Of a stretch of 64,000 nucleotides of DNA, positions 1 through 10,911 are shown one piece after another. The stretch comes from Curvularia clavata (Eukaryota). The stretch is from assembly GCA_023920165.1 (NCBI GenBank), contig CP089275.1, positions 4,774,001 to 4,838,000 of the forward strand. Direction: 5' to 3'. The notes beneath the pieces were generated by a model. That model worked only from the letters and a program-made list of their open reading frames with translations. It had not been told where the DNA came from and did not search any database. Each line of letters opens with the position of its first letter. Within the stretch, counting starts at the first letter, position 1. The translations under genes were made by a program, and so were the position numbers.

Positions 1-1844
1 TCGTACGAGCCTTGTAGGTAAAACATGCGGATACCGACCCTCTGCTGCTCCCGACTTCGTGACCGCGAGGAAGTACTGACCATTGGCACAGGGGATATAA
101 CCTGAAGGATATTTCCTTCCGAGTGTTCGCTGATAAACACATCGCTTAGGCTCAGATATTGGTGGAAGGCAAGCTCGGTGGTTCCGTCGAATGATTCAGC
201 AAACTTTGGATTGTCGAGCTCAGCAAGCAGACCACGGGCGTTTGTCGAGCCATCCTCGGACTTTTGCAGGATGATGAGATAGTCAGTAAAAAGCACCATG
301 ATGCCAGAAACTGTGGCTGGTCCAGAAAGCTCGCCGTGGTATGGCGGGGATAGCTCTACGCAGTCAACGGCTGTGATCAGTCGTCCCTGTGGGTTGCATC
401 CTGATGGCCACGAAGAGACTATCTTGCGTAGACGACCGGAGATTCTAAACTTCTGTGCAGTAGGCCCCTCTCTTGTGCAAATGTCCGATATCATGTCTCG
501 TGCCTTAAGGAACAGTTTGATTGCTGGATGCCTCATCGGAAGCTGCTTGGTAATATTATCAATGTACAGATTGTATCGTGGAAGGCGCTGTACAGGCTCT
601 ATCAACATGGATGTGAGTCGCTGTTCGCCGGTCTCGTAAACGCGCTTGGAAAAGCTAGAGGCCGTGTCCTTGGTAAAGTGCTTCAATAGCTGTGAGAAAT
701 CGCCGTGGGCCGCCATGTAGTCAGTGTAGCAGTCCGAAAACTGTGGCAGCCACTCAAGGAGCGTCCTTGCGACTGCTGCAGCGCCTGTTACGTCGGGTGC
801 GTCTTTTTGTCCTCGCAGAGGTGCGACATAGACATCGTCTGTGGTTGACTCTATGTCTTCAATCGCACCATTCTCTGATTCTTCCAGCACAATGCGCAGG
901 GCTTCCAAGAATTGTGAATTGACTTCCAGAATCTTGTCGAGACTGGGAGGAAACAGACTCCGCAGCGCTTGCTCGGTCGGGCTGGCACTGGAACTCGACT
1001 TTTGCTTTGCCTTTTCCCGGAAGTCGACAGCGACTGTATGGACCAACTCATCCAGCTTGTTCACGTAGTTCTCTTCCGTGTCTAGCAATTCACACATCTC
1101 CCTCCGGAGCGTTTCCTTCTGTTTCCTTGAGAAATTCTGCGATCGGTTGAGGGCTGTAGGTTTCGAGGGCGCGCGGCGCAGCCTGGAGGTGGGAAGAAAT
1201 GCAGACTCTCCAAACAGTTTTATTAGAGGTGCGAATTCGCCATACTTTTGCTGGGTCAGGTCTTCTTCAATCTCGTCAAACTGGGCTGATTCTCTCGGGT
1301 TGAGCTTCTTCATGCTGCCTTGGGGCAAGACAACATCCAAGTCTATCCATGACAGTGTCTGCTCGCCCAAAGCATGGCGCACGTCTATTATGACATCCAT
1401 GACATTCTCTACTTTGACCATCTTGGCGGCGACAATGGCGGCGTGCGACTCAGAAAAGAGCCTGGGCGCCGAAGGTAGGTTGTCCGACGAGCCATACCGC
1501 CTACCCCACGAACTCTTAATTTCGGGTGGTAGCTCGAGGAAGTACTTGTACAGACTGAAGGCGAGTCCACGGCATATTTCGTCGCCCTGTTCCTCGCGCG
1601 GTAGACATGTGACGGCATTGTAGTAGGTGGCAGTGGGCGATATAATTAGGCGGGCGAAGTTCTGCAGGCCAGCGGGTGTAAACACGTGGGCTTGGATGCG
1701 CGAATGCGTCGCCTGAGTCGAGGTGGCCGTGGGTCCGTAGAAGATCAGGACGGGCGAGCCCGAGAGCAGCTCGTCGGTCGTGTAGAAGAGCGACAGGTCG
1801 TCGGCGGACAGGGCCGCGGGCTCGGGGTTAATTGTGACGACCAT
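1..1844 (-). CDS. BUD3: Bud3-type Rho guanine-nucleotide exchange factor (DH domain); 3' part lies outside the window
   Basis: Manual minus-strand translation from the ATG at 1844: MVVTINPEPAALSADDLSLFYTTD...RIQAHVFTPAG...EQGDEICRGLAFSLYKYF, then DH-domain signatures LRREMCELLDTEENYVNKL and LIEPVQRLPRYNLYIDNI. Missing from the ORF track because no stop occurs before the window edge. Confidence 0.85.
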   Translation of the reverse strand, partial: MVVTINPEPAALSADDLSLFYTTDELLSGSPVLIFYGPTATSTQATHSRIQAHVFTPAGLQNFARLIISPTATYYNAVTCLPREEQGDEICRGLAFSLYKYFLELPPEIKSSWGRRYGSSDNLPSAPRLFSESHAAIVAAKMVKVENVMDVIIDVRHALGEQTLSWIDLDVVLPQGSMKKLNPRESAQFDEIEEDLTQQKYGEFAPLIKLFGESAFLPTSRLRRAPSKPTALNRSQNFSRKQKETLRREMCELLDTEENYVNKLDELVHTVAVDFREKAKQKSSSSASPTEQALRSLFPPSLDKILEVNSQFLEALRIVLEESENGAIEDIESTTDDVYVAPLRGQKDAPDVTGAAAVARTLLEWLPQFSDCYTDYMAAHGDFSQLLKHFTKDTASSFSKRVYETGEQRLTSMLIEPVQRLPRYNLYIDNITKQLPMRHPAIKLFLKARDMISDICTREGPTAQKFRISGRLRKIVSSWPSGCNPQGRLITAVDCVELSPPYHGELSGPATVSGIMVLFTDYLIILQKSEDGSTNARGLLAELDNPKFAESFDGTTELAFHQYLSLSDVFISEHSEGNILQVISPVPMVSTSSRSRSREQQRVGIRMFYLQGSY

Positions 1845-1963
1845 GGTGTCGAGGGAGCGGAAACGAGCGACGGAGGTGGATAGGTACAGCGAAGCAAGTG
1901 ACCAGGGCGGCAATTAGTACATTGCTTGCATGGCGCAGGCGCGTGGGGACGGTCAAGGGCCTG

Positions 1964-2040
1964 GGTGGTCGTCGTAGTCGTGGGCGTCGTGATTGTTGTG
2001 GTGATGGTCGTGGTCGGCGTGTGGGTGTCGTGGTAGTAGT
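1964..2040. repeat. Degenerate trinucleotide (GTG/GTC/GTA) low-complexity tract upstream of BUD3
   Basis: ggtggtcgtcgtagtcgtgggcgtcgtgattgttgtggtgatggtcgtggtcggcgtgtgggtgtcgtggtagtagt read directly. Confidence 0.6.
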
Positions 2041-2447
2041 TGGGTAGCCATACAGCAGACGGCAGCAGGCGCGTGTCGAGCAAACACCACAACAAGAAAG
2101 CTGGCGCACTTGTTGAAGGCCGAATCAAGGCGGTCGTGCAGCGGCGACCAAGCGCGGGCGGGAAGACTAGAGGGCGACTTGTCCAGGTGCAACACGGGCG
2201 AGCAGTCGAAGCATGGGGGGTCCCGGTCCTAATCACCGCAACGCCAGGTATTTTTGGTGGGAATGACTGCCCTTGCAGCCTATCGTCCGATCCGCCTGCG
2301 AGCTAGCTGCGCATCCACGCACCCCGCAGTGTCGATAAACAAGAAAGTACCCGTCCGTCGTCATAGCAGCTTACCTTTCTCTCCTCCAGGGGTCGACGGC
2401 TGATTTACAGGCCATCCGGGAAGACGGCGCGCGGCTTCAGCACAGGA

Positions 2448-3523
2448 ATGGCCACGCAGCAGGACCAGGGCGGGCTGCCCATCTCCATAGCACACCAACA
2501 CCAGCATTTCCGCCTGCTCGAGCTGCCTCCAGAAATCGTTGAGCTGTTGGAAAAGCCAGACCCTCCGCTGTAGGTGCGCCGTCGCGTCTTGTTGATGCAC
2601 ACACACCTTTTCTCACCACACGCCTCAGGCTGTCCATCAAGTCGCAGGCTGCTTCTGCAGCGAAGCCTGCATATGCCGTACTCTGCACCCCAGACAAGTC
2701 ATTCCAGCTGCGCCAGGTCCAGACGTCAAACTCGCTTTTCGTGACCCAGCCCGCCCTCGAAGCCCATGGCAACGAGATACCCATCCCTGTCACCCGCGCA
2801 ATTGCTTTGTGCAGCTCCACGCTCGAGCTCCACGCGTCCACCGCCTCTGCAATCTCCCTGTTGAGAGAGACGCTACCAGTCTACCATATCGTTGCTGGGG
2901 ACGTCGACGCCACTGCCAACGGCCGGACCAAGGCCCATGTGTTCAACGATATGCCCCTTTCGGACGGGGAATGCCAGGTGGCATGGACGCAGCTGATGGC
3001 CTTTGAAACCGATCAGGGCTCGTACCAGCCGTCTCCAAGTGCCCTCTCTCAGGTATGGAGGTCCATCATGGCGGCCGCATTGGCAGAGGCAATTCCACTC
3101 GACAAGCAGTTCATGATAAACGACGTTGCAACGGCTGTAGCTGAAGAGGGGCATCCCGCATCTCTTACACAAGCAATCCTTGCATACCTCGCAACAGACG
3201 ACACTGACAGCAGCGGGCCATGGTCGTGTCTCGACCGAGCAAAGACAGTCGCATTTGCTGGAAAGACCCTGCTCGAGGCCCGGCGTGGTGAGGACTTTCT
3301 AATTGCTGATTTCACTGACACGTGGGAGGACCGTCTGCCAGAGGTATGGCGCAAGGATGCACAACTCACTGCCATTGAAGGTTTATATGAATTCCCCTCG
3401 GATACCACCATCCGAGCAAAGAGCAAGACTGCGTCAGCAACCGTGGCGGACAGCGGAACGCCCGCTCTTAAGCCTTCGGCGCGTAAATGGCACGAGAAGT
3501 TTGCCAAGACGCGCAAGAAATAA
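2448..3523 (+). CDS. DCC1: Sister chromatid cohesion protein Dcc1 (Ctf18-RFC subunit); exons 2448-2569 and 2629-3523
   Basis: MATQQDQGGLPISIAHQHQHFRLLELPPEIVELLE, a GT-AG intron at 2570-2628, then AVLCTPDKSFQLRQVQTSNSLFV (Dcc1 N-terminal signature). C-terminus RKWHEKFAKTRKK is typical of fungal Dcc1. Confidence 0.9.
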
Positions 3524-3743
3524 GCATATCAGTTTCGTCGTGCTAGGTGATGGAATCGCAATCACGTGATCGTGTCACGAGCGCGTCTACCGGCGTCGGA
3601 AGCTGCAACTGCCGGCGGCTTGGTAATTGGTAATGCAAAATTCATAAGCCACCACTGGCTGCACAGCTCTATTCCGTGGGTGCCACCTAGATACCACAAG
3701 CTGCAATTTTATATTTTTCTGTCAGCGCATGTTTCTGTAGCGT

Positions 3744-4526
3744 ATGAATCGAGTCCGGTTCTTAAAATTGGTCACTAAGCCTGCACGGCCATACACTTCC
3801 CCAATCCGAACGCAGTGTTTTACAACCAAGCTTGTCCTGCAACGCCCTGTACCTTTTTCAGAAACAATGTCTACCATTTCAGGCGACGATGGGCCGGCTG
3901 CGCCCGCGCCTCCAGTAGTCAATGATACCACTGCAACAGAAACCCCTGCTCAAGAGGAAAAACCCCTGCCCAAACTCACGCCGTTTGAATTCCGCCAATA
4001 CAACAGAATGGCTGAGCAGATGCAATACTTCCACGACAACTTCCGCGCCACCTGGAAAGTCCTTTACGCCGCATGTGAATCCCAAAAGAGACCCAAAAAC
4101 ATGTCTATCCGGCAGTTCATCAGCATAGGCCAGCAGTTTTGCCGTAAGCAGTCCCCCCCTGCCACCCCGCCTCATATTCTGTCATGTCCTAACCATGTAC
4201 GACATCCAGATCACCTGACCATCCACCACACCATCGAAGAACAGCACATTTTCCCCGTCCTTGCCAAAAAGATGTCCGCCTTTAAAAAAGAACTCGACCT
4301 CCTCACCCAGCACAAACAGATCCACGTCGGCATTGACAAGATGGAAAAGTACCTCGAGGAGTGCGAGCGCGGTGAGCGCGAACTGCGTATGCAGGAACTA
4401 AAGGAAATTTTGGATTCGTTTGGCGAAGTGCTCTGGCAGCATCTAGATGATGAGGTTAAGCAGCTCGAGGCGGAGAATATGAGGAAGTACTGGAGTTTGG
4501 AGGAGATGAGGAGGATTCCCATGTAA
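3744..4526 (+). CDS. Hemerythrin/HHE cation-binding domain protein; alternative start at 3867; probable in-frame intron 4144-4209
   Basis: Motifs MQYFHDNFR, HLTIHHTIEEQHIFPVL, QHKQIH and LWQHLDDEV match the HHE four-helix metal-binding pattern. Intron GTAAGC...CTAAC...CAG. Confidence 0.85.
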   Translation: MNRVRFLKLVTKPARPYTSPIRTQCFTTKLVLQRPVPFSETMSTISGDDGPAAPAPPVVNDTTATETPAQEEKPLPKLTPFEFRQYNRMAEQMQYFHDNFRATWKVLYAACESQKRPKNMSIRQFISIGQQFCRKQSPPATPPHILSCPNHVRHPDHLTIHHTIEEQHIFPVLAKKMSAFKKELDLLTQHKQIHVGIDKMEKYLEECERGERELRMQELKEILDSFGEVLWQHLDDEVKQLEAENMRKYWSLEEMRRIPM

Positions 4527-5428
4527 TCGTCTCGTTATTCCTATTTTCATCTTCTTCTTTTTTCCCTTTGGAATTTATGGGTTGGATAGATGTATATAAG
4601 ACTCATGTTAAGTCACGTGTAACGACCTCGATGCTATGCTGTCATCGTTTGGCTTTTTACTTTTTTTGCTTTAGAAGAGACACGAAAACAAATGAAAGAT
4701 TTAGATACAAGACTGGACTTGTTTGAACGTTCCCTTTGCGACGAACACATCGCCTCTTGTCTCCACCCACCTAGCCCCCTTCTCTCTCTCTCTCTGTCTT
4801 TTTCAAGGCTGTTCGAAACACTCCAACTCGGCTCTTTCCCACATACCGAACCCTGTTACTCTTCTCCCCCTCTGTCACCAAACCCTTGAAACATGTGGCA
4901 TGTGGCATTCGTGAGGCGGCCCGTTACCCACCCGTTTCGAACTGCTGGGATACTGGTTTCGAGATTTGCATTTCTGTTCTCTCTCTCTCCCTTTTTGCTG
5001 TATAGATTGGTTTGGCTGACAAGTGATATCCGAAAATGCTGGTTGCAACGGTTCAGCCACGTTGTTGAGCTGTTGTGATTACATAAGTAGACTATTAAAT
5101 CGAAGATGAAGAGAAAAAAAGTTGATACAACAGCATCGAGTGCATTTGTTGGTATATTGCTACTATCATATGGCATGCTGCGATATATAGGAAATGAAAA
5201 GGCTAGACAGTGCTTTGCTTGTAGAGAAGCGTGAGCTTGGGTATGATGGTGACAGAAAGGAAAATTAGATGAAAAAAAACTACTGCAAATGAATGCCTGT
5301 TGGGTCTTGTTGCTGCCAGCAGTAGAGATTAGTAGGTAGTTCCGTTTCGCCCCGTAGTGATAATGGAAAAACGCCGTCGTGGGTGGTATAGTCAGTTTAT
5401 TGTGCTCGCGCGTAGCAACAACCGCTCG

Positions 5429-7154
5429 TTATGAAATCGCAATGTTCAATCCGAGCAACGTTCTCCTCTTTAAGCTGAGAAAGCGTTGTGGGCTCTTGAA
5501 TTCCCAGTCGATTCTTGGTGTCCAGCCACCCGCAGATACTATATCTGGCAGGGTGGGCGCGTCTGAGGCACTTCGGATATGTGCTGGACTCGGTGGCTCG
5601 GGAACGTCGGTTCCTGCGCTTCTTGCTGTAGTGGGACGCGAACTGCCCCTCGTTTGAGTTTTGCTGAGGCTTAAAGTATCCTCGATGGGATCCGGGAGTT
5701 GTTGCCAAGGACCGCCCAGTCGTCGAACGATTCTTGCTTCTTCACTCTCGCGCCAACGCCGCTTCTGCTCTGATGAAGCGAATACTGGGAGCGTATCTCT
5801 TGATCTAGACATGAGAACGGAAAAGCGTTCAGATAAGATGGAGCCGCGTGATGATCTGTCCCCTGTCTTTGGACGGACATACGAACTGCGACCCGAGGTT
5901 CTCCGAATATCGGGGTTGGGAGGTGCTAACGAGGTGCGTGATGAGTTCCTGAGGTCAATCTCTATGATCCTGGGTGGTGGGAGCGGCCATTGGACTTGCT
6001 CCTCAGTGGTGTCTATATCCTCCTCTTCGTCCTCGTTTATCGTCCTCAGAGACTGAGTGTCGTATCCCGTTTTTTCAGAAGATGATCCCTGTGATGCTTG
6101 CTTTTCCACATTGGGACGAACACGTGGTCTGGAGTAACTGCCTGGACCCTTTGCGCCGTTGGGTATATGCCACCGGAGATCTACACGAAATATGGCGTAC
6201 ATATATATGGTCACGATCTCCACGATGAAGTTGAAGAAGTAATAAGCCCCCTTTCCGAGGTACGATGGGAGGGGTTCCGTTCGCAGCGTTGGCTTTTGCA
6301 AAATGATGCCGCAGCGATACCATGCACCGAGGGACAGGAGTGTTGCGCTGATGAGCAGAGTAATGACTTTGGTGCGGAGGCGGCCGATGCCAAACCTATC
6401 CAATGGCGAGTAGGGAATGGTCAATGTGAGAAAAGTCACCGGTAGCGGCAGCGTGGAGACAATAGCGAGGAATACTGCACCATATCTTTGGAGTCCCCGA
6501 GTAGTGGCTTGAGTTCTTTTGTTGAGGGTAAAGAAGCTCTCGATAGATGCGCTGATGACTGTGATGATGGTGAAAATAAGCAAGAATAAGATAACCTTGA
6601 AGGCCATGCCGAAAGCAGGATGCCAGCCGACCGAAGGATGTGTGGACCGAACGAGACGCATCGCGAAGATGAGATTGATGACGATCAAGACGACCACGCC
6701 AGCCGCTACAAACATCTGTGCAGCTATGGAGAGCGAGACGTTTGTTGGATTGCACACCGACGCGATCCGTATCATCGATGTTATGACGCGCTCCGTACAA
6801 ACAACTAGTGCGGATGTTAACTCAAAGCATTCAATCTTGTACAACAAAAGACTTACCAAACATGCACATGTTTGGTATAAACTTATGGCCTCTGGATTTA
6901 TTCTGTCGGAAGATTCTCATATGCACAGCTGCTCCGATCAAGAACAGGATCATGAAGATTGTCTGCGCCGGGATGTCGATACTTCTATTCGGAGCTCCAC
7001 CCAGCGCCCATACTTTGGGAGCATATGGAGGACCCTGTGATGCCTTGATTGAGTTAGCTATTGATCGCTACCATATTGTTTCAACTCATGTTGACAGCCA
7101 GGCTGTGTTGGCACTGCTCACCATTGGAGAAGGCATACCGCTCTGCGGTGCCAT
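5429..7154 (-). CDS. Multi-pass fungal membrane protein, DUF3112-like; introns 7044-7121 and 6805-6856
   Basis: Spliced: MAPQSGMPSPM|ASQGPPYAPKVWALGGAPNRSIDIPAQTIFMILFLIGAAVHMRIF...|VVCTERVITSMIRIAS...AAQMFVAAGVVVLIVINLIFAMRLVRSTHPSVGWH. About 7 hydrophobic segments followed by a long Ser/Arg-rich tail. Confidence 0.75.
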
Positions 7155-8319
7155 TGTTCTATTATCCTGCAACTTGAAGTTGATAGCCTGGTATTGCAGC
7201 TTGTGTTAGTAATAGCGCGTGAGTGCGTAAAGCACCGGCAATGAGCAAGTGGTCGTCAGTCAAATAGTCGAGGTGCAGTCGAGAAGAGCGCAAGTTCGCA
7301 CAGCGAGCGCAAAACCTTATCATATTCATCATGGCACAGCATGACCGTCGTCTCATAGGGCGAAGCACACTTCAGCCAAAACAGCAGTTCAAACATCTAG
7401 GCTTGTGACTTGTCCATGCGTCCAAACCGCGTTGTGTTTGATGTTGGTGTCGGAGCAGCGAGGCCAAAACACCGAAGCTCGCGCTATTTTGGGACTATCG
7501 TCAGGCTAGCCTCTCCACAACGGGACGACTAGGCTGATCGACTGTCGATCTTTAAATTTAACAACAGTCATTCGTTCTGCATTTCATTCGTGTATGAAGT
7601 CATTCTCTGCGGGATAATAGTAATTATGAACAGTCGCATCTTATCGCCAGAATATTGGTGCACTGAACAACGAGTTGCCTCTTCCATGCCCGAAGACTAC
7701 ACCTGTCTGTCACTGCTAGAGTACGAATCCAGGCCGCCAAGAAGTAATAGAAGGCCCGAAACATTCCGTCCACTTATTGGAAACTTCTATTCGCACTTGT
7801 CAGGTGCCTGGAAGGATGTGCCTTGGAGACAGCACGTAGCGAGTCTTGTTCGCGGACCCTCAAATCTTTAATCTGTCACACCCGTTTGCCACCTTATTCT
7901 TGTTTCTAGATTTCGGAAACAAAGAGCCAGTGACGGCAATTTGGATAGAGCTCTAGCGAAGGTTCAGCCGACCAGCTGTCTTGTTACAAAGCCTACCGGC
8001 TAGTCCTCCATCCAGACTAAATTCTGCATACATGTCAATATCCTTAGTGCATAGGCAGCAGCGCCGTCTGCCACATTACTGCTGCGGTCGTAGAATTCAC
8101 CGAATTACTCACCCTACGATGTTCAATAACCTTGGTGTCTTTTTCTCGCGGTTTGCCTCTGGATGTTCAAACCTATCCTGAGCAAGAGCGAAGACCATGG
8201 GTAGCTGTTAGAGAACTTGCTTATCATGGAATATGGGACAACGTGACATCCTAGCACACGCCCCGACTGTTCATGAAGGTCAGCTGCACATGTGCTGCCT
8301 TCGCGTTGGTGAGTCGATG

Positions 8320-9193
8320 TTAGCGTTTCTAGAGAATATATGGTTCTGACCAACTTTGTTTGTCATTACTTCGCATGTCGTGGAAAGTATCCATGTTAGC
8401 ATCTCCAGGCAGAGGCAAGGGTCCGCTTGCTAGAGTGAGTTTGCGAACGATAATGGATTTGTGCCTCCTTGCTGATCCGTAGTTTCCTCTGCGGTCTGGT
8501 TGCCTCGAAGTGCCTTGGAACTCGTGCCTAGGAAGTCCCTCAAAAGTGACATCATGAACATCTGGAACTGACTTCAGCGCATGGTCAGACGTTCCTCTGA
8601 GCGTTTCATTAACTGCAGAAGCAATATCAAGCAATCTTCTTGAAGGTGAGCTGCCTGTAGCTAACGATTGGGCCTTAGTCGACACTAATTTATTTTCGAA
8701 AACTATTCTGCACGGCACCTACGTTGACGTTAGAAGTGATAGCGGCCTTGCATAGGAGAATTATACACGACTGCCTGATGAGCCTGCGAGAGCATTGTTG
8801 ATTTGGCTGTCTGCTATGGGATCAGTGGCCATCATGAGACTAGAAAAAGTAACGTCTAAATCCTACGATTGGATGGCATTAGCCCTACGCAACATGCACC
8901 TGCGACATGTAGCAGCTTCTTACGTTTGGATGAGGCAGACCGTGACTTGTCGTCGTTCGCAAAAGAGCGAGCTGGTTCACGGGTAGGCGCCTTTTGCGAG
9001 TGTTTGCGTGTTTCTGCAAAGCCCGGGGTGGGTTCTTCGCCTCAGTCACGGAAAAAGCTCTTGGTTTCTGTTTGGACTGGATGATACACGTTGAGTCGGA
9101 TGCGCGCTGTAATCGATCGTGGTCTTTGCCATTGTTTCGTAGCTGGTGTGCCGGCTTAGGTGTCGGTGTACGTGGGATGTCGTAGATAGACAT
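8320..9193 (-). pseudogene. Probable decayed two-exon gene of unknown function (alternatively a short 123-aa gene ending at 8761)
   Basis: ATG at 9193 (MSIYDIPRTPTPKP), canonical intron 8863-8923 (GTAAGA...GCTAAT...TAG). The same frame continues through stops at 8763-8761 (TAA), 8721-8719 (TAG), 8331-8329 (TAG) and 8322-8320 (TAA), including a 129-codon open stretch. Confidence 0.4.
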
Positions 9194-9556
9194 AGCGGAC
9201 CTCGCAATCTGATGACGCTTGTTACCATGTAAGTGGCTGTAGCTGTCATGTGTTTAGGCTATGCTTGGTCTGAACTGAATTTCATTTTCTCATGTTTGTG
9301 GACTCAGAATAGCTTGAGCAGGCGTGACATACATGATGACGAGCATCTTGTGGTTTAGGCAGTCGCTATTCACCTAGCCAATGCCGAAGCACTAACCCTG
9401 TTGGCACCTGCTGGAACAGCTTCGACAAAACGATGCTGGTTTGGGAGGAAAATCTCAAGAACTCAACGAAGCAAAAAAGCAAAGGACACGCGCAGCAAAC
9501 AAGCCTTGGTTTAATGTTTCGGCATTATCGCAACTTAGGTATTCGCCAAATTATAC

Positions 9557-10911
9557 TTAGACATAGACATAGCAAAGAGGAGCACCACTCAGCGTGTCGA
9601 AAACATCCCGGATCTTCAATGTCTCGCCATTGACTCCCATATCCAACGGCTCATCAATCGTAGCATTCCGCGTCGGGGGTTTATTCTGCAATGTCAGGGT
9701 ACCAGCCACTTTATTCGCCTCATCCGGATGAAGAACCTGCCAGATCCAGTAGACGAGATCCAGCATGGTATGATGAAGCCAGAAGGCAGGATCATTGACA
9801 GAAGCGTAAAGATCGGATGCGTCGCCGCCCATAGTGTAGTGACCCGACGTATGTAGACCAAGAAAATTGTCCGGGTATCGGCCAAGGATCTCGGTCCAGA
9901 AAAGACGGTGCGTCTTGGAAGCGGCGCCTATGGTCACGTTCAATAAGTTCTCTGTCTTGAACCATTTCTGGGGAATATATGAGCTCAGGTCACGGCGAAG
10001 ACAGTGAGGATTATAGTCGGCAATGTCAACCCCCAGGTCAGTGATGCCCTGCATGCCAGGCGAGATCGGACCAATGTTTCCTTGTGCACTGTAGTCTTGT
10101 TAATTCTGTTCGCAGTTCTATTTTTGGGAAGCATCACTTTTTGAAAGGGCCGCTCTTGATACATCCGCCTCCTTGCCCGGATGGAATGTATATGGTTCGC
10201 CCGCCAGCAAGACTGCCGTTGTGCGCAAAGAACTCGCCATCTCCGCCCAAACTAGTATCGCTTCCGTCGAACACGGGCGACTTGTGAATGTCGTCGGTGT
10301 GCGAAAACCAATTCCAGTACTAGAGAAGAGGATGTGATTAGAGTTTGGAGACATGATGGCCGAAGCGGTCAGATCTCACCGGTTGGTAGCCCTGGTAGCC
10401 ACACTCATCTCGAAGAGCTTTCTCATACGCCCACACAAAATAGCGGTGCCAAGTGAGGAACACGCCGTTGCCGTGGATGTACAAGGTCTGGTTCACATGG
10501 ACGGCGACAAAGTCATCGTAACGAGTCTTTGCTGCCGGGGCCCAAGTCTTGTCTGATTTGGACGGCAGCTCTCGAAGACACTGCACAGCTTTGATGTACG
10601 CCTTTCTGTCGTTTTTACTCATGTGCTCCCTTTCGGAGGTTAGCAAGCGTATGATCGTATTTGCAGCAGACTTGCCAATCCCTCCGTTTGGTTGCGGTGG
10701 CCAAAGAGCAACTATCCGGAGCCCTTTTTGGGGTACCATCGCTCTTTTCAAGCAATTGGTAGGCATGTTGCTGCAGTTGGGTAAGAGCCTGAATGGGGTC
10801 GACAGATGGATCTATGTCAATGCTCGAAGTTGAGGGTGAGTCTATGGCGACAGCAGCGGCAAGACATGCTGACAACAACTGAAAGGAGACCAAACCCTGA
10901 AGAAGCCGCAT
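9557..10911 (-). CDS. Secreted tyrosinase-like (type-3 di-copper centre) protein, 4 exons
   Basis: Signal peptide MRLLQGLVSFQLLSACLAAA; CuA region RYDDFVAVHVNQTLYIHGNGVFLTWHRYF; QPYWNW; CuB region GLHTSGHYTMGG...SVNDPAFWLHHTMLD; terminal LCYVY. First intron 10630-10675 is GC-AG. Confidence 0.9.

Noticed and set aside
298..1623. Plus-strand ORFs such as 1078-1623
   Set aside because: They are antisense shadows of the BUD3 frame.
10338..10380. Intron-retained tyrosinase frame ends in SKL (PTS1-like)
   Set aside because: The product would lack the CuB site and carries a secretion signal, so this is most likely coincidence.
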